Shown: positions 10,401 to 21,044, counted from the stretch's first letter. The stretch: DNA of 64,000 nucleotides from an uncultured Clostridia bacterium (GCA_934121885.1 CAKOVH010000006.1:7926-71925), one strand, 5' to 3'. Notes: generated by a model from the letters alone, not told the origin. Numbers and translations are program-made.

Positions 10401-10429
10401 ATTATATACGCAAATCCCCAAAAGGTCAA
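10401..10429 (-). promoter_or_regulatory. Consensus sigma-A promoter (TTGACC - 17 nt - TATAAT) directly upstream of minD
   Basis: Reverse complement of 10401-10439 reads 'cattgaccttttggggatttgcgtatataatatatg'. The -35 is GGTCAA at 10424-10429 and the -10 is ATTATA at 10401-10406 on the plus strand. Confidence 0.55.
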
Positions 10430-10507
10430 TGTTTATATCAAAATTTCACTAAATAACAAAGAAAAAACTTTTATGCCAATATACATTTAGCACAAAAGTT
10501 CTTTTAT

Positions 10508-11656
10508 TTATTTTATATATAAAGCACATCTAAATGAACCATAACTATCATATCCCGTAGTTACTACGTGGCCTCGGTAATATATTGTAAATGCATCTCC
10601 ATATTGTCCACCTCTAATCACCCTTGATTTCCCTTCATTTGATTCTAATGTCCATTCACTGCAATTTCCTGCTAAATCATAAATATTTTTCGATACATCT
10701 GTTTCTGTACTTCCTGTTAGTTCTGGTGCATTTTTCGTTGATGTTGTTCTTTGACTATCTCCTATATATCTACACATCGCATCCCACTGGCATCCATAAA
10801 TAAGAGTACTTGTTACACTGGTTGAACTCGCATACATATTTTTAGCAAGGTATACAGCTCCGCCCTTTCCTGATATAGGACTAATATTGGAAACGCTAGT
10901 TCCCCATGGCACAAAATTATATGGTGCTATTCCCATTTTACTTACTACTGTATGCTCCCCAGTTGCCTCCGTTCTTAATGTAGTTCCACTATCTCCATCT
11001 CCCGCTTCATACCTTCCAATATAAAATCCACCATATTGTAAAACCTGTGCTCTCATTTTATTATATTCTGCCACCTCTGTAGGATATCCATTTTCCATTG
11101 GTTCTGTGCAATCTGCTACATCTATTCCTGTACTTGGTGCATTTTTTGTTGAGTTTCCATTACTGTCAAAATTTGTTCTATCTAAATCAGATTCTCCTGA
11201 TACAGGTATCCATACAAATTGATTTCCTTTTAAGTTTTTTGCTACTTCATAGGATTCTCCTTTATTTTCATCTTCACTACTATCTGAGATAATAATTCCT
11301 GATTTTATATCTCCACCTACATAGTAAAATCCTCTTGGAAGAGGAATTGTACCATCATTTCCATCCGAAATAGCTGCAACATTTTCACTTGTCCAATTTG
11401 ATGGTTTTTCTTTCATAACTGTTCCTGCTTTTATTAGATTTAATCTTCTTTGGTAAATTTCTTCAATGTTTTCATTATCCTGTTCATATGATTGCTTTAT
11501 TCTAAGCACTGTTGCAAGTTCTGATTTTCTAACTGTTGATGCTGAAATATAAAATGATGTTAAAACAATTAAAAAGCTAAACAAAACAATAAAAACATAA
11601 ACAGAAATTGAACCTTTTTCTTCTTTTATTTTTTTCATTAGCATAGTTTCCTCCAT
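10508..11656 (-). CDS. Membrane-anchored, extracytoplasmic FGE-sulfatase (formylglycine-generating-enzyme-like / DUF323) domain protein
   Basis: 382 aa. There is an N-terminal hydrophobic anchor 'SISVYVFIVLFSFLIVLTSFYISA'. The C-terminal half has FGE-domain blocks: 'GGFYIGRYEAG', 'YDLAGNCSEWT', 'RVIRGGQYG', 'YRGHVVTTGYDSYGSFRCAL'. Confidence 0.55.
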   Translation of the reverse strand: MEETMLMKKIKEEKGSISVYVFIVLFSFLIVLTSFYISASTVRKSELATVLRIKQSYEQDNENIEEIYQRRLNLIKAGTVMKEKPSNWTSENVAAISDGNDGTIPLPRGFYYVGGDIKSGIIISDSSEDENKGESYEVAKNLKGNQFVWIPVSGESDLDRTNFDSNGNSTKNAPSTGIDVADCTEPMENGYPTEVAEYNKMRAQVLQYGGFYIGRYEAGDGDSGTTLRTEATGEHTVVSKMGIAPYNFVPWGTSVSNISPISGKGGAVYLAKNMYASSTSVTSTLIYGCQWDAMCRYIGDSQRTTSTKNAPELTGSTETDVSKNIYDLAGNCSEWTLESNEGKSRVIRGGQYGDAFTIYYRGHVVTTGYDSYGSFRCALYIK

Positions 11657-11684
11657 TTTTTTCTTATTCTATAATAGAATAAAT

Positions 11685-12935
11685 TTAATTTTCTGTCAAT
11701 TTATTTTCTTCTTTTTTCAGCCAATTTATTCTTTCTTCGTGTAGCTTTTGTTTAATTTGCATCCCGTCTTTTAAATTATATTTATTTATAATATAACTTC
11801 CATTTATTTCTTTCATACATCTTTTACCTAAAACGTCAAAAATAATATCATTTGGAAATTCTCCATATCTATTTCTATCACACACCACAACAATTTTCAT
11901 TCCATCTAAGCCAAGATCCGATTTTGAAACTCTTTCTATAAAATCTACTTGCTTTCTTGCGCTCATCATATTAAATTTTCCGCCTCTCATATGCTCTTTT
12001 GCAGATATTATTCCACATTTTTTCCACATATTTGGCACCTTTAATCTATTACTCAAATTTTGCACTAATTTTACTCCTCTTTCCTCATGTCCATAATGAT
12101 GTGGAAGCATATCTATAGGCGTTGTTCCTTTTCCTAAATCATGTACCAAACAACTATATCTTATCTCTAATCTATTTGTTAATTTACACGAACTATCTAA
12201 TACTATCATAGTATGATTATAGCTATCTCCCTCTGGATGATACTCTGATGGCTGCGTTTTTACTATTAAATCATATATTTCCTTGAAATGAACATCTAAT
12301 ACATTTGCCTTTTTTAATACTTCAAAAAAGATAGATGGTCTTTTTGAACTTAATGCCTTTTTAAATTCCATGAATACTCTCTCGGAAGATAACGATTTAA
12401 GTTCTTCTTTTATTCTTTTCATTTCACATATAGTTTTTTCATCAACACTAAATTCTAATACTGCTGCAAATCTTGCTACACGGTATACTCTTAAAGGATC
12501 CTCTGAAAATGCACTTGATGTCATTTTTATAACTTTATCATTTATATCCTTTATGCCATTAAATGGATCAATGATTTTACCAGTTAAAACGTCTTTTGCA
12601 ATTGAATTTATTGTAATATCTCTTCTTTTTAAATCGTCTTCAATTGTAATATTTTTATTTGTTTCTATTTCAAATTTAGTATGCCCCTCTCCAACTTTTT
12701 TCTCTTTTCTTGCCACTCCAAATTCTTTTCCATCAATATCATACACTGGAAAATCTTTTCCTCTTTTATAAGCATTTGGAAACATACTTTCAAACTCTTC
12801 ACAGCTTAATCCAACTACACAATAATCTTCATCCGTGTTTTTTACCCCTAAAAATTCATCTCTTACAGCTCCACCAACTAAATATAGTCTTCCGCGAGAT
12901 TTTTCAATTTTTTTTGCTATATCTTTAATTTCCAT
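11685..12935 (-). CDS. cca: CCA-adding tRNA nucleotidyltransferase (polymerase-beta head plus HD domain)
   Basis: 'RLYLVGGAVRDEFLG' NTase motif, 'RRDITINSIA', and a C-terminal HD motif 'VHDLGKGTT'. 416 aa. Confidence 0.8.
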   Translation of the reverse strand: MEIKDIAKKIEKSRGRLYLVGGAVRDEFLGVKNTDEDYCVVGLSCEEFESMFPNAYKRGKDFPVYDIDGKEFGVARKEKKVGEGHTKFEIETNKNITIEDDLKRRDITINSIAKDVLTGKIIDPFNGIKDINDKVIKMTSSAFSEDPLRVYRVARFAAVLEFSVDEKTICEMKRIKEELKSLSSERVFMEFKKALSSKRPSIFFEVLKKANVLDVHFKEIYDLIVKTQPSEYHPEGDSYNHTMIVLDSSCKLTNRLEIRYSCLVHDLGKGTTPIDMLPHHYGHEERGVKLVQNLSNRLKVPNMWKKCGIISAKEHMRGGKFNMMSARKQVDFIERVSKSDLGLDGMKIVVVCDRNRYGEFPNDIIFDVLGKRCMKEINGSYIINKYNLKDGMQIKQKLHEERINWLKKEENKLTEN

Positions 12936-13073
12936 TTATGTTTTTCCTTTTTTATTTACATTATATCATATCAAAATTTTTATATACACTTTATTTTGTA
13001 TAAGTATTGATAAATTAATAAAAAAACTATATAATAGTGTAGATATTTTTATTTAAAAGGAGATTTTACTATT

Positions 13074-13721
13074 ATGAAATTAACAGATAAGACAAAAGAT
13101 ATTTTAGAATGGATTATATGCATAATAATTGCATTTGTTTTAGCTCTACTTGTTCGCTATTATATAGGAACACCTACAATTGTAAAAATGCCATCTATGT
13201 ATCCAACTTTAAAACAAGATCAACGTCTTATTCTAAATAGATGGTGCCGCACCATAAAAGAAATGCCAAGCAGAGGAGATATTATAACATTTGAGGCCCC
13301 AACATCAGATTCTTATATATTTTCTAAAGACTTTAACCCTAATGATGTAGTTGCCAAATACTCAAATGAAAAAACGAAAATTTTAGATAAATTTATATAC
13401 AATGTATTAGAGGTAAATAAAGCAAGCTACATAAAAAGAGTTATTGCCCTTCCTGGTGAACACCTTCAAATTAAAGACGGTAAAGTTTATATAAATGATG
13501 TTGAACTACAAGAAGACTATTTGCAACCACAAATTACAACTAGCACAGAAAACTGTCCTTTTTATGACTTAGTAGTACCTGAAAATTGTGTATTTGTTAT
13601 GGGTGATAATAGACCAGAATCTACAGATAGTAGAAGATTTGGATGTATCCCTCTAAAAAAAATTGAAAGTAAAGTATGGATTCGTTTTTGGCCATTAAAT
13701 TTATTTGGAAAAGTTAATTAA
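13074..13721 (+). CDS. lepB: Signal peptidase I
   Basis: TM anchor, catalytic Ser box 'MPSMYPTL', and 'VMGDNRPESTDSRRFG' box. 215 aa. Confidence 0.85.
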   Translation: MKLTDKTKDILEWIICIIIAFVLALLVRYYIGTPTIVKMPSMYPTLKQDQRLILNRWCRTIKEMPSRGDIITFEAPTSDSYIFSKDFNPNDVVAKYSNEKTKILDKFIYNVLEVNKASYIKRVIALPGEHLQIKDGKVYINDVELQEDYLQPQITTSTENCPFYDLVVPENCVFVMGDNRPESTDSRRFGCIPLKKIESKVWIRFWPLNLFGKVN

Positions 13722-13738
13722 TACTTGGAGGCTTTAAT

Positions 13739-14665
13739 ATGAGCTTTGAAACAATTATTGGTAATAATAAAATAAAACAAATATTGCAAAATGCTGTTGG
13801 CACAGGCTCTGTTTTACATAGTTACATGTTTATCGGAACTGAAGGAATTGGTAAGCTGCTATTTGCTAGAGAATTTGCCCAAATGATACTTTGTGAAAAA
13901 AATACTAATAACATTCCTTGCGGAACTTGTCCATCTTGTACAGAGTTTTTAAGTAATAATCATCCAGACTTCATGGAGATAAATGCTGAAGACGGCAAGA
14001 GTATAAAAATAGATCAAATTCGTTTTCTACAAGAAAAAATTGCTGAAAAACCTATTGTATCGAATAAAAAAGTTTATATTATTAATGATAGTGATACAAT
14101 GACAAAAGAATCTCAAAATTGTTTGCTTAAAACTCTTGAAGAACCACCAGAGTATGCCATCATTATTTTAATACTTTCAAATGAAAATAAAATGCTAAAT
14201 ACTATAAAATCTAGGTGTACCAAAATTAATTTTTCACCCTTAACAGGTAACGAGATTAATCAATACTTTAACGAAAATCATTCTAGTTTAAACTTAAATA
14301 CAAATGTTTTAAAGTTATGCAGTGGAAGTATTAGTAAGGCTATAGAATTACAAAATGAGGCTCAAAGTTATAACTTGCTTGATAATCTAATTAATAGTTT
14401 TAGCAATTTAAGTATTATAGATATTTGGAATAATAGTAAAATTTTATATAAATCTAAAGATATTATTCAAAATTTGTTAGAATACATGAATATTGTATTT
14501 ATGAACAATCTACTTGAAACAAACGATATTAAATATGTAAATATTATAAAATACATAGAAGAAGCAAAAAAGAGATTAGTTTCTAATGCAAATTTTGATA
14601 TGACAATAGATAATTTATTACTTAAAATATGGGAGGAATTTAATGAAAAATATAGTAGGTGTTAG
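13739..14665 (+). CDS. holB: DNA polymerase III delta-prime subunit
   Basis: AAA+ clamp-loader-like, with the Zn module 'CGTCPSC' and the SRC-like 'KSRCT'. The conserved holB-yaaT neighbourhood supports the call. Confidence 0.85.
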   Translation: MSFETIIGNNKIKQILQNAVGTGSVLHSYMFIGTEGIGKLLFAREFAQMILCEKNTNNIPCGTCPSCTEFLSNNHPDFMEINAEDGKSIKIDQIRFLQEKIAEKPIVSNKKVYIINDSDTMTKESQNCLLKTLEEPPEYAIIILILSNENKMLNTIKSRCTKINFSPLTGNEINQYFNENHSSLNLNTNVLKLCSGSISKAIELQNEAQSYNLLDNLINSFSNLSIIDIWNNSKILYKSKDIIQNLLEYMNIVFMNNLLETNDIKYVNIIKYIEEAKKRLVSNANFDMTIDNLLLKIWEEFNEKYSRC

Positions 14666-15572
14666 ATTTAAAAAACCTGGAAAAGTTTATTTCTTTGACC
14701 CTGGATATATAAAATTAAGCAATAACGATAAAGTTGTTGTAGAAACATCAATGGGCGAAGAATTAGGCACAGTTGTTATTAGCAAAAGACAAATGCCTGA
14801 GGAAAAAATTGTTGCTCCTTTAAAAAAGGTTTTACGTATAGCAACAAATGCAGATTTAAAGCATTATGAAGATAATAAAAAGAAAGAAAAAGAAGCTTTT
14901 AAAATTTGTGAAGAAAAAATAAAGAAATATAAATTGGACATGCATTTAACAGATGTTGAATACAAATTTGATAATAGTAAAGTTTTATTTTACTTTACAG
15001 CTGACGGCAGAATAGACTTTAGAGATTTAGTAAAAGAACTTGCAGCAATCTTTAAAACAAGAATAGAACTAAGACAAATTGGTGTAAGAGATGAAGTAAA
15101 ACGCATTGGAGGTAATGGTATTTGCGGTAGAGAATTATGTTGTTGTTCATTTTTAGGAGACTTTGAAACAGTATCTATTAAAATGGCAAAAGAACAAAAT
15201 ATATCTCTAAACCCTTCAAAAATTTCTGGTAATTGTGGAAGACTTATGTGTTGCCTAAAATATGAGCAAAATGTATATGAAGATAAACTTGCAAGACTTC
15301 CTAAAATAGGAGCAATTGTAAAAACTGCTGATGGAGAAGGAACTGTAGATTCTGTTGAAACATTAAAAGAAATACTTAGAGTAAAATTTAAAGATGAAGA
15401 AGATGGCTATTTCTATAAAAAATATCCTGCATCTGAAGTAAAACTAGTAAAAAACGCTTCATATGATAATGTTGATGAGGAAGAAAAAGAGCATTTAAAA
15501 GAACTACAAGAACTCGAAAAGCTTGAAATGCAAGACAGTAAAAACAAGAAAAATGATGATGATGATATGTAA
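14643..15572 (+). CDS. ricT: PSP1-domain protein RicT/YaaT (stage 0 sporulation / RNase Y adaptor complex component)
   Basis: Cys clusters 'CGRELCCCSF' and 'GNCGRLMCCLKYE'. It overlaps the holB 3' end by 23 nt, as in Bacillus, and has an acidic C-terminus. Confidence 0.8.
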   Translation: MKNIVGVRFKKPGKVYFFDPGYIKLSNNDKVVVETSMGEELGTVVISKRQMPEEKIVAPLKKVLRIATNADLKHYEDNKKKEKEAFKICEEKIKKYKLDMHLTDVEYKFDNSKVLFYFTADGRIDFRDLVKELAAIFKTRIELRQIGVRDEVKRIGGNGICGRELCCCSFLGDFETVSIKMAKEQNISLNPSKISGNCGRLMCCLKYEQNVYEDKLARLPKIGAIVKTADGEGTVDSVETLKEILRVKFKDEEDGYFYKKYPASEVKLVKNASYDNVDEEEKEHLKELQELEKLEMQDSKNKKNDDDDM

Positions 15573-15607
15573 AAAAAACTATGGAGTATAAACTCCATAG
15601 TTTTTTT
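15571..15607. terminator. Bidirectional rho-independent terminator between ricT (+) and the AI-2E transporter gene (-)
   Basis: 'aaaaaaaa ctatggagt ataa actccatag ttttttt': a perfect 9-bp stem flanked by A- and T-tracts. Confidence 0.75.
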
Positions 15608-15610
15608 CAT

Positions 15611-16747
15611 TTAACCATTTTGTTCTTTTAATTTGTTTTTGTAATCTATGTAATCTTCCAAGATAATCTTTAACACTGCTAAAATTGGTACTGCTAAAAA
15701 CATACCCCAAACTCCAAAATAAGCTCCCCCTATTGTTACTCCAAAAATAACTAAAAGTGGACTTACTTTTAAAGAATCTCCTATAATCTTTGGATTAATA
15801 ATATTAGCATCTATTTGTTGAAGTATTGTAACGACAATTACCATTGCAACCGCTTGACCTATTCCACCTGTTAACATTGTTAAAAGTGTAGCAATAATAA
15901 CAGCTACTATTGCTCCAAAATATGGTATTAAATTAAATAATCCTATCATAAATCCAAGTAATACAGAGTATTTAACTCCCATAATAGACATCGCAATAGA
16001 TGTAATAATTCCTACAACAATACCATCAATTAATTGCCCTGCTAAGAAATTAAAAAATACTTCATTTGTTTTATTAAAATATTTTCCTATATTTGCGTAT
16101 GTTTGCTCTTTAAACATAGCCTTGCAGAACTTCTTTATAAATCGTAAAATCTCTGCTCTTTCTAAAAGTACATAAACAGAAACAATAATAGCCACAAAGA
16201 AATCAAATATCTTACTTGCAAAATCAATTGCACCTTTTGCATATTCTGCAATTTTGTTTAAGTTAATAAATTGTTTTAAATCAATTTTCTGAATATCTTC
16301 AATTGCATTTATAACCATTTCACTTTTTAGTATAGAATCTTCTGGCAATTTTTCTATTTCTGCCATAGCAATATTGTAGTACCCTTGAAAGTTATTTACT
16401 AAATCAACAATACTTTCAGCTATAACAGGAAGTAAAAATCTAAAAGCTAAAACAATTAATAATATTGCAATAATGTATACAGTAATAACTGCAAATAATC
16501 TTGCCTTTTTTGCTATTATCTTAGGTCTTTTTATCTTCTTGTATAATTTTTCTACTTTTTTTGCTGGATTATATAGCAGATATGCTATTAATATTCCTAT
16601 AAGAAATGGTGTTAATATACCTAACAAATTTTTTATCCAGTTACCTATTGCGGTAAAGTTATCTAATGTTTTATATACTACAATTGTTGCTACAGCAAAC
16701 AAAAACCAGTATAACCATTTTTTTATTGGTTTCTTTTTTTCATCCAT
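15611..16747 (-). CDS. AI-2E family transporter (PerM/YdiK-like permease)
   Basis: 378-aa polytopic membrane protein with AI-2E family blocks ('NLIPYFG', 'GGAYFGVWGMFLAVP'). Confidence 0.75.
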   Translation of the reverse strand: MDEKKKPIKKWLYWFLFAVATIVVYKTLDNFTAIGNWIKNLLGILTPFLIGILIAYLLYNPAKKVEKLYKKIKRPKIIAKKARLFAVITVYIIAILLIVLAFRFLLPVIAESIVDLVNNFQGYYNIAMAEIEKLPEDSILKSEMVINAIEDIQKIDLKQFINLNKIAEYAKGAIDFASKIFDFFVAIIVSVYVLLERAEILRFIKKFCKAMFKEQTYANIGKYFNKTNEVFFNFLAGQLIDGIVVGIITSIAMSIMGVKYSVLLGFMIGLFNLIPYFGAIVAVIIATLLTMLTGGIGQAVAMVIVVTILQQIDANIINPKIIGDSLKVSPLLVIFGVTIGGAYFGVWGMFLAVPILAVLKIILEDYIDYKNKLKEQNG

Positions 16748-16748
16748 C

Positions 16749-17531
16749 TTATTTCACCTCTTTTAAATTGTCTATTTCTAGTCCTACTGGACAATGATCA
16801 CTTCCAAATATATTTTGATAAATATAACTTTCTTTTATCTTAGATTCAATAGAATTCGATACTATAAAATAGTCTATTCTCCACCCAATATTTTTTTCTC
16901 TACTATGGCCCATATAAGACCACCAAGAATAACAATTTTCCTTATTAGGATATAAAAATCTAAAACTATCTGTAAAACCAGAATCTAAAAGTCTTGTCAT
17001 TTTTTCACGTTCTTCATCTGTAAAACCCGCATTTCTTCTATTAGTTTTTGGATTTTTTAAATCAATTTCTTTATGTGCAACATTTAAATCTCCACATAGA
17101 ATAACAGGTTTACTTTCATTTAGATTAAGCAAATAATTTCTAAATTCATCTTCCCATATCATTCTATATTCTAGTCTTTCTAGCTCTCTTTTAGAATTTG
17201 GCGTATAACAATCTACAATGAAAAAATCCTCATACTCTAAAGTTATTACTCTTCCTTCTTTATCATGCTCCTCTATTCCAATTCCATAGCTTACACTTAT
17301 TGGTTCCTTCTTTGTAAAAATTGCTGTGCCAGAATAACCCTTTTTCTCTGCACAGTTCCAATACTGATAATATCCATCAAATATTTTTTTTGCATCTTCG
17401 TCTAATTGTTCTACTTGCATTTTTGTTTCTTGCAAACAAAAAATATCAGCATTGGCTTCTTTAAAAAAGTTTTTAAAGCCTTTATTTATTACAGCTCTTA
17501 ATCCATTAACATTCCATGATATTAGTTTCAT
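16749..17531 (-). CDS. exoA: Exodeoxyribonuclease III (AP endonuclease, Xth/ExoA)
   Basis: 'MKLISWNVNGLRA', 'FCLQETK', 'GDLNVAH', 'SDHCPV' EEP-family motifs. 260 aa. Confidence 0.9.
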   Translation of the reverse strand: MKLISWNVNGLRAVINKGFKNFFKEANADIFCLQETKMQVEQLDEDAKKIFDGYYQYWNCAEKKGYSGTAIFTKKEPISVSYGIGIEEHDKEGRVITLEYEDFFIVDCYTPNSKRELERLEYRMIWEDEFRNYLLNLNESKPVILCGDLNVAHKEIDLKNPKTNRRNAGFTDEEREKMTRLLDSGFTDSFRFLYPNKENCYSWWSYMGHSREKNIGWRIDYFIVSNSIESKIKESYIYQNIFGSDHCPVGLEIDNLKEVK

Positions 17532-17608
17532 CTATTTTCCCCACTTCATATAAAATTAAAATAATGACTCAAAAGTTACACACCCTTGAGTCATTTAAAT
17601 TTATTATA

Positions 17609-18613
17609 CTAGAATTGATATACGTAACATGTTAAGTTTCTTCTACCAAATTGTAATGCTTGGCTATGAGAACCCATAAATACATCTATACGGTTGCTTG
17701 ATATTGCTCCACCTCTATCTTGAACAACGAACCAACCACCATTTGGTTTATTTTTAAAGTATGGAATATATATTACTGTTCCCATTGGATAACAACTTCC
17801 AGCAGCAATTGTGCACCATTGTGATGCTTTTGCACCTGATGCTGTAATACCATTTGTTTTTCCACAACAACTTCTACAAGCACAATATGCAGATGTATTA
17901 AATGTACTAACCTTTGGTGTAATTCCTTCTACTTTTTTAGCAAGTGATGCTGTTGAAGTTGCAGCAGGGTTTGTGCTAGCAGTTACTAAAGTAGAACCAC
18001 TTCTTGATGTAACTTGTTTTGTTCTAATTTCAATAACTTTGTTAACAGCCTTTTTTATAACCTTTGATGATATTTCAATTTTCTCTATTTCTTTATCATT
18101 TTGATATTTTACTTTGTATGTTACTTCTTTTAATCCATCAACACCATTTTGAACAACTTTGTTTTGTTTTGTACCAGATCCTGTTGAAACATCTTTTTTA
18201 ATTGTTTCATAAGGAATTTTTACTTTTTCAACAACAATTTTTTCTACTATTGTTGAGTAATTTTCAAGTAATTGTTCAGTTGTTACATTTGATGAATTTT
18301 CTGCCTCTGTAACTTCTATTAAATTTTCATCTTTTTTTGATATTATAATTGTTTTATTATCTGATAGTTCTTCATCTTGAGCTGGTGTTACTTTTTCATC
18401 TTCTAATAAAATTATGTGATTTTCTTCTAATATTTCTTTTATATTTGTTTTAGTTGTTAAAATATTCATTTCATATCCACTTGATAAGACTATTTTAACA
18501 TTATTTACTTTGACATTACCTGCCATTACACCAATTCCTAATAAGAATATTAATACAATACTAATACATACTATTTTTCTTATAGAAATTGACGCTTTGT
18601 CATTATTATTCAT
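17609..18613 (-). CDS. YabE-like cell-wall protein (DUF348 / G5 / C-terminal 3D domain)
   Basis: The C-terminal 3D (MltA-like) domain is 'TASGAKASQWCTIAAGSCYPMGTVIYIP...VVQDRGGAISSNRIDVFM'. A G5-like segment sits in the middle and there is an N-terminal TM. The track ORF starts at 18709; the internal ATG at about 18613 (MNNNDKASISIRK) has a GGAGG RBS and is the more likely start. Confidence 0.65.
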   Translation of the reverse strand: MNNNDKASISIRKIVCISIVLIFLLGIGVMAGNVKVNNVKIVLSSGYEMNILTTKTNIKEILEENHIILLEDEKVTPAQDEELSDNKTIIISKKDENLIEVTEAENSSNVTTEQLLENYSTIVEKIVVEKVKIPYETIKKDVSTGSGTKQNKVVQNGVDGLKEVTYKVKYQNDKEIEKIEISSKVIKKAVNKVIEIRTKQVTSRSGSTLVTASTNPAATSTASLAKKVEGITPKVSTFNTSAYCACRSCCGKTNGITASGAKASQWCTIAAGSCYPMGTVIYIPYFKNKPNGGWFVVQDRGGAISSNRIDVFMGSHSQALQFGRRNLTCYVYQF

Positions 18614-18808
18614 AAGACTATTGTTCCCTCCTTTTAAAAGCAACAAATATATTATACCATTTTTATGATTATCTGTCAAATTTATAAAATATTTCCATAT
18701 GTTATCCATACAACATTATATTCAGCTTGTACTAAAAATATGATTAATATTGTATAAAATAATTTTTTGTGATATTATATTGTTATTATATTTAAGGAGG
18801 AAATTTAT

Positions 18809-19366
18809 ATGTGGATATGGTTTCTATTAGGAATTATAGTTGTACTATTACTTTTAATTGCTTCATCTTATAACAGTCTTGTAGGGTTAAGACAAAAAGT
18901 AAAAAATGCTTGGAGCCAAATTGATGTCCAATTACAAAGAAGATTTGACTTAATTCCAAACTTAGTTGAAAGTGTTAAAGGTTATATGAATCACGAAAGT
19001 GATGTTCTAACTAAAGTTACAGAACTTCGTAGTTCTTGGGCTAATGCAAAAACTGTTTCTGAAAAAGCAGAACTTGATAACCAACTTTCTAATACGTTAA
19101 AAACAATTATGGCAGTTTCTGAAAGTTATCCAGATTTAAAAGCAAATCAAAATTTCTTAGACTTGCAAACAGAATTAAAAAATACAGAGGATAAAATTTC
19201 TTATTCAAGACAATTTTATAATGACACAGTTACAAAATACAATACTAAAATAGAACAATTTCCATCTAACATAGTTGCATCTATGTTCCACTTTACTACT
19301 GAAACTTTATTTGAAGTTGATAACAGTGAAGCAAGAAAAAATGTTAAAGTAGATTTTAATAAATAA
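18809..19366 (+). CDS. lemA: LemA family membrane protein
   Basis: 185 aa with an N-terminal TM and '[34 protein letters not shown]' LemA signature. Confidence 0.85.
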   Translation: MWIWFLLGIIVVLLLLIASSYNSLVGLRQKVKNAWSQIDVQLQRRFDLIPNLVESVKGYMNHESDVLTKVTELRSSWANAKTVSEKAELDNQLSNTLKTIMAVSESYPDLKANQNFLDLQTELKNTEDKISYSRQFYNDTVTKYNTKIEQFPSNIVASMFHFTTETLFEVDNSEARKNVKVDFNK

Positions 19367-19381
19367 TTTTGTAATAATGTT

Positions 19382-19413
19382 GATAGCTATTAATTTAATA
19401 GCTATCTTTTTTT
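19382..19413 (+). terminator. Rho-independent terminator of lemA
   Basis: 'gatagctatt aattt aatagctatc ttttttt': a perfect 10-bp stem plus T-tract. Confidence 0.75.
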
Positions 19414-19474
19414 CACTCTTTTTGTAGTTTAACATAAAATATATTAGGATAAATTACAAAAGGAGGAACTAAAC

Positions 19475-20242
19475 TTGAAAACAATACTAGAAGTAAAAAA
19501 TGTTAGTAAAAAATATCAAGGTAAAAAAGAAGAAATTTTAGCACTTGAAAATGTAAACTTTACTGTTGGAGAAGGTGAATTTGTTTCCATTATTGGTCCT
19601 AGTGGTTGTGGAAAATCAACTCTTTTATCCATTATTGCAGGTTTAGAAAGTAAATCTAATGGCGAAATCTACATAGAAAACGAAAAAGTAGAAAACATCT
19701 CTTCAAAAATTGGCTATATGTTACAAAGAGATTGCCTTTTAGAATGGCGTACAATTCTAAGTAATGCAATGTTTGGATTAGAAGTAAAAGGATTAAATAC
19801 CAAAGAAAACAAAGAATATGTTGAAGACTTATTAAAAAAATATAGTTTGTATGATTTTAAAGATAAGTATCCATCAGAGCTTTCAGGTGGTATGAGGCAA
19901 AGAGCTTCTTTAATAAGGACACTTGCAATAAAGCCCAAAATTCTTCTTTTAGATGAAGCTTTTTCAGCACTTGATTATCAAACTAGAATTATGGTTACAA
20001 ATGATATTTATTCTATTTTAAAAAAGGAAAACATAACAGCAATCATTGTTACTCACGATATATCAGAGGCAATCAGTATGTCCGATAGAGTATTAGTTCT
20101 AAGTAAGCGCCCCGGAACAATTAAGGATATACATGATATTGACTTTGAAATACCAAATAGAAACCCCCTAAATTGTAGAGAGAGTCCAAAATTTAGTACT
20201 TACTTTAATCTCTTATGGAGGGAGCTTGGTGTAAATGGATAA
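19475..20242 (+). CDS. ABC transporter ATP-binding protein (NitT/TauT nitrate/sulfonate/bicarbonate-type)
   Basis: TTG start preceded by AGGAGGA. Walker A 'GPSGCGKST', signature 'LSGGMRQR', Walker B 'LLLDEAFSALD'. Confidence 0.85.
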   Translation: MKTILEVKNVSKKYQGKKEEILALENVNFTVGEGEFVSIIGPSGCGKSTLLSIIAGLESKSNGEIYIENEKVENISSKIGYMLQRDCLLEWRTILSNAMFGLEVKGLNTKENKEYVEDLLKKYSLYDFKDKYPSELSGGMRQRASLIRTLAIKPKILLLDEAFSALDYQTRIMVTNDIYSILKKENITAIIVTHDISEAISMSDRVLVLSKRPGTIKDIHDIDFEIPNRNPLNCRESPKFSTYFNLLWRELGVNG

Positions 20243-21044
20243 GAAAGAAATTTCGAAGGAACGAAAAAATTATTTAAAGAAGAAAAATCAAAAAAAAATC
20301 TCCATTTTATTAACGCAAATATTTATATTAGTTATATTTCTAGCTCTATGGGAGTTTTTAGCTAATAAAAAAATTATAGATAGCTTTATCACCAGTCAAC
20401 CTACTCGTATATTAAATACCTTTATAAACTTAAACTCTAACAATCTTTTAGATCATATTGGAGTTACTGTTTATGAAACAGTTTTAGGCTTTATGCTTGG
20501 CACTGTTTTAGGCATTTTTATAGCAATTATTTTATGGTGGTCAGACTTTTTGTCTAAAGTATCAGAACCATATCTAGTAGTTCTTAACAGTTTGCCTAAA
20601 GTCGCTCTTGGCCCAATAATTATTATATGGGTTGGAGCTGGAACCCCCGCTATAATTGTAATGGCCATAGCAATTTCATTAATTGTTACAATTTTAGAAA
20701 ATTTAAATGGATTTTTAAAAACAGATAAAGAACTTATAAAAATGGCTCAAAGTTTCAAGGCAAGCAAATTTCAAACTTTAACAAAAATTGTTATCCCCGC
20801 AAATTTGTCTACCTTTATTAATTCTTTGAAAGTAAATATTGGCCTTTCTCTTGTTGGTGTTATTTCCGGAGAATTTTTGGTTTCCAAGGCAGGTCTTGGA
20901 TACTTAATAGTTTACGGAGGTCAAGTATTTAAATTAGATTTAGTAATGACTAGTGTAATTATATTAGGAATTGTTGCAGGTATCATGTATACAGCTGTTC
21001 TTCTTCTTGAAAAATTTATCCTAAATAGTAAAAAGTTCAAATAA
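20235..21044 (+). CDS. ABC transporter permease (SsuC/TauC/ThiX-like, BPD-transport family)
   Basis: 269 aa with 6 TM segments and an EAA-like loop. It overlaps the ATPase gene by 8 nt. Confidence 0.85.
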   Translation: MDKKEISKERKNYLKKKNQKKISILLTQIFILVIFLALWEFLANKKIIDSFITSQPTRILNTFINLNSNNLLDHIGVTVYETVLGFMLGTVLGIFIAIILWWSDFLSKVSEPYLVVLNSLPKVALGPIIIIWVGAGTPAIIVMAIAISLIVTILENLNGFLKTDKELIKMAQSFKASKFQTLTKIVIPANLSTFINSLKVNIGLSLVGVISGEFLVSKAGLGYLIVYGGQVFKLDLVMTSVIILGIVAGIMYTAVLLLEKFILNSKKFK

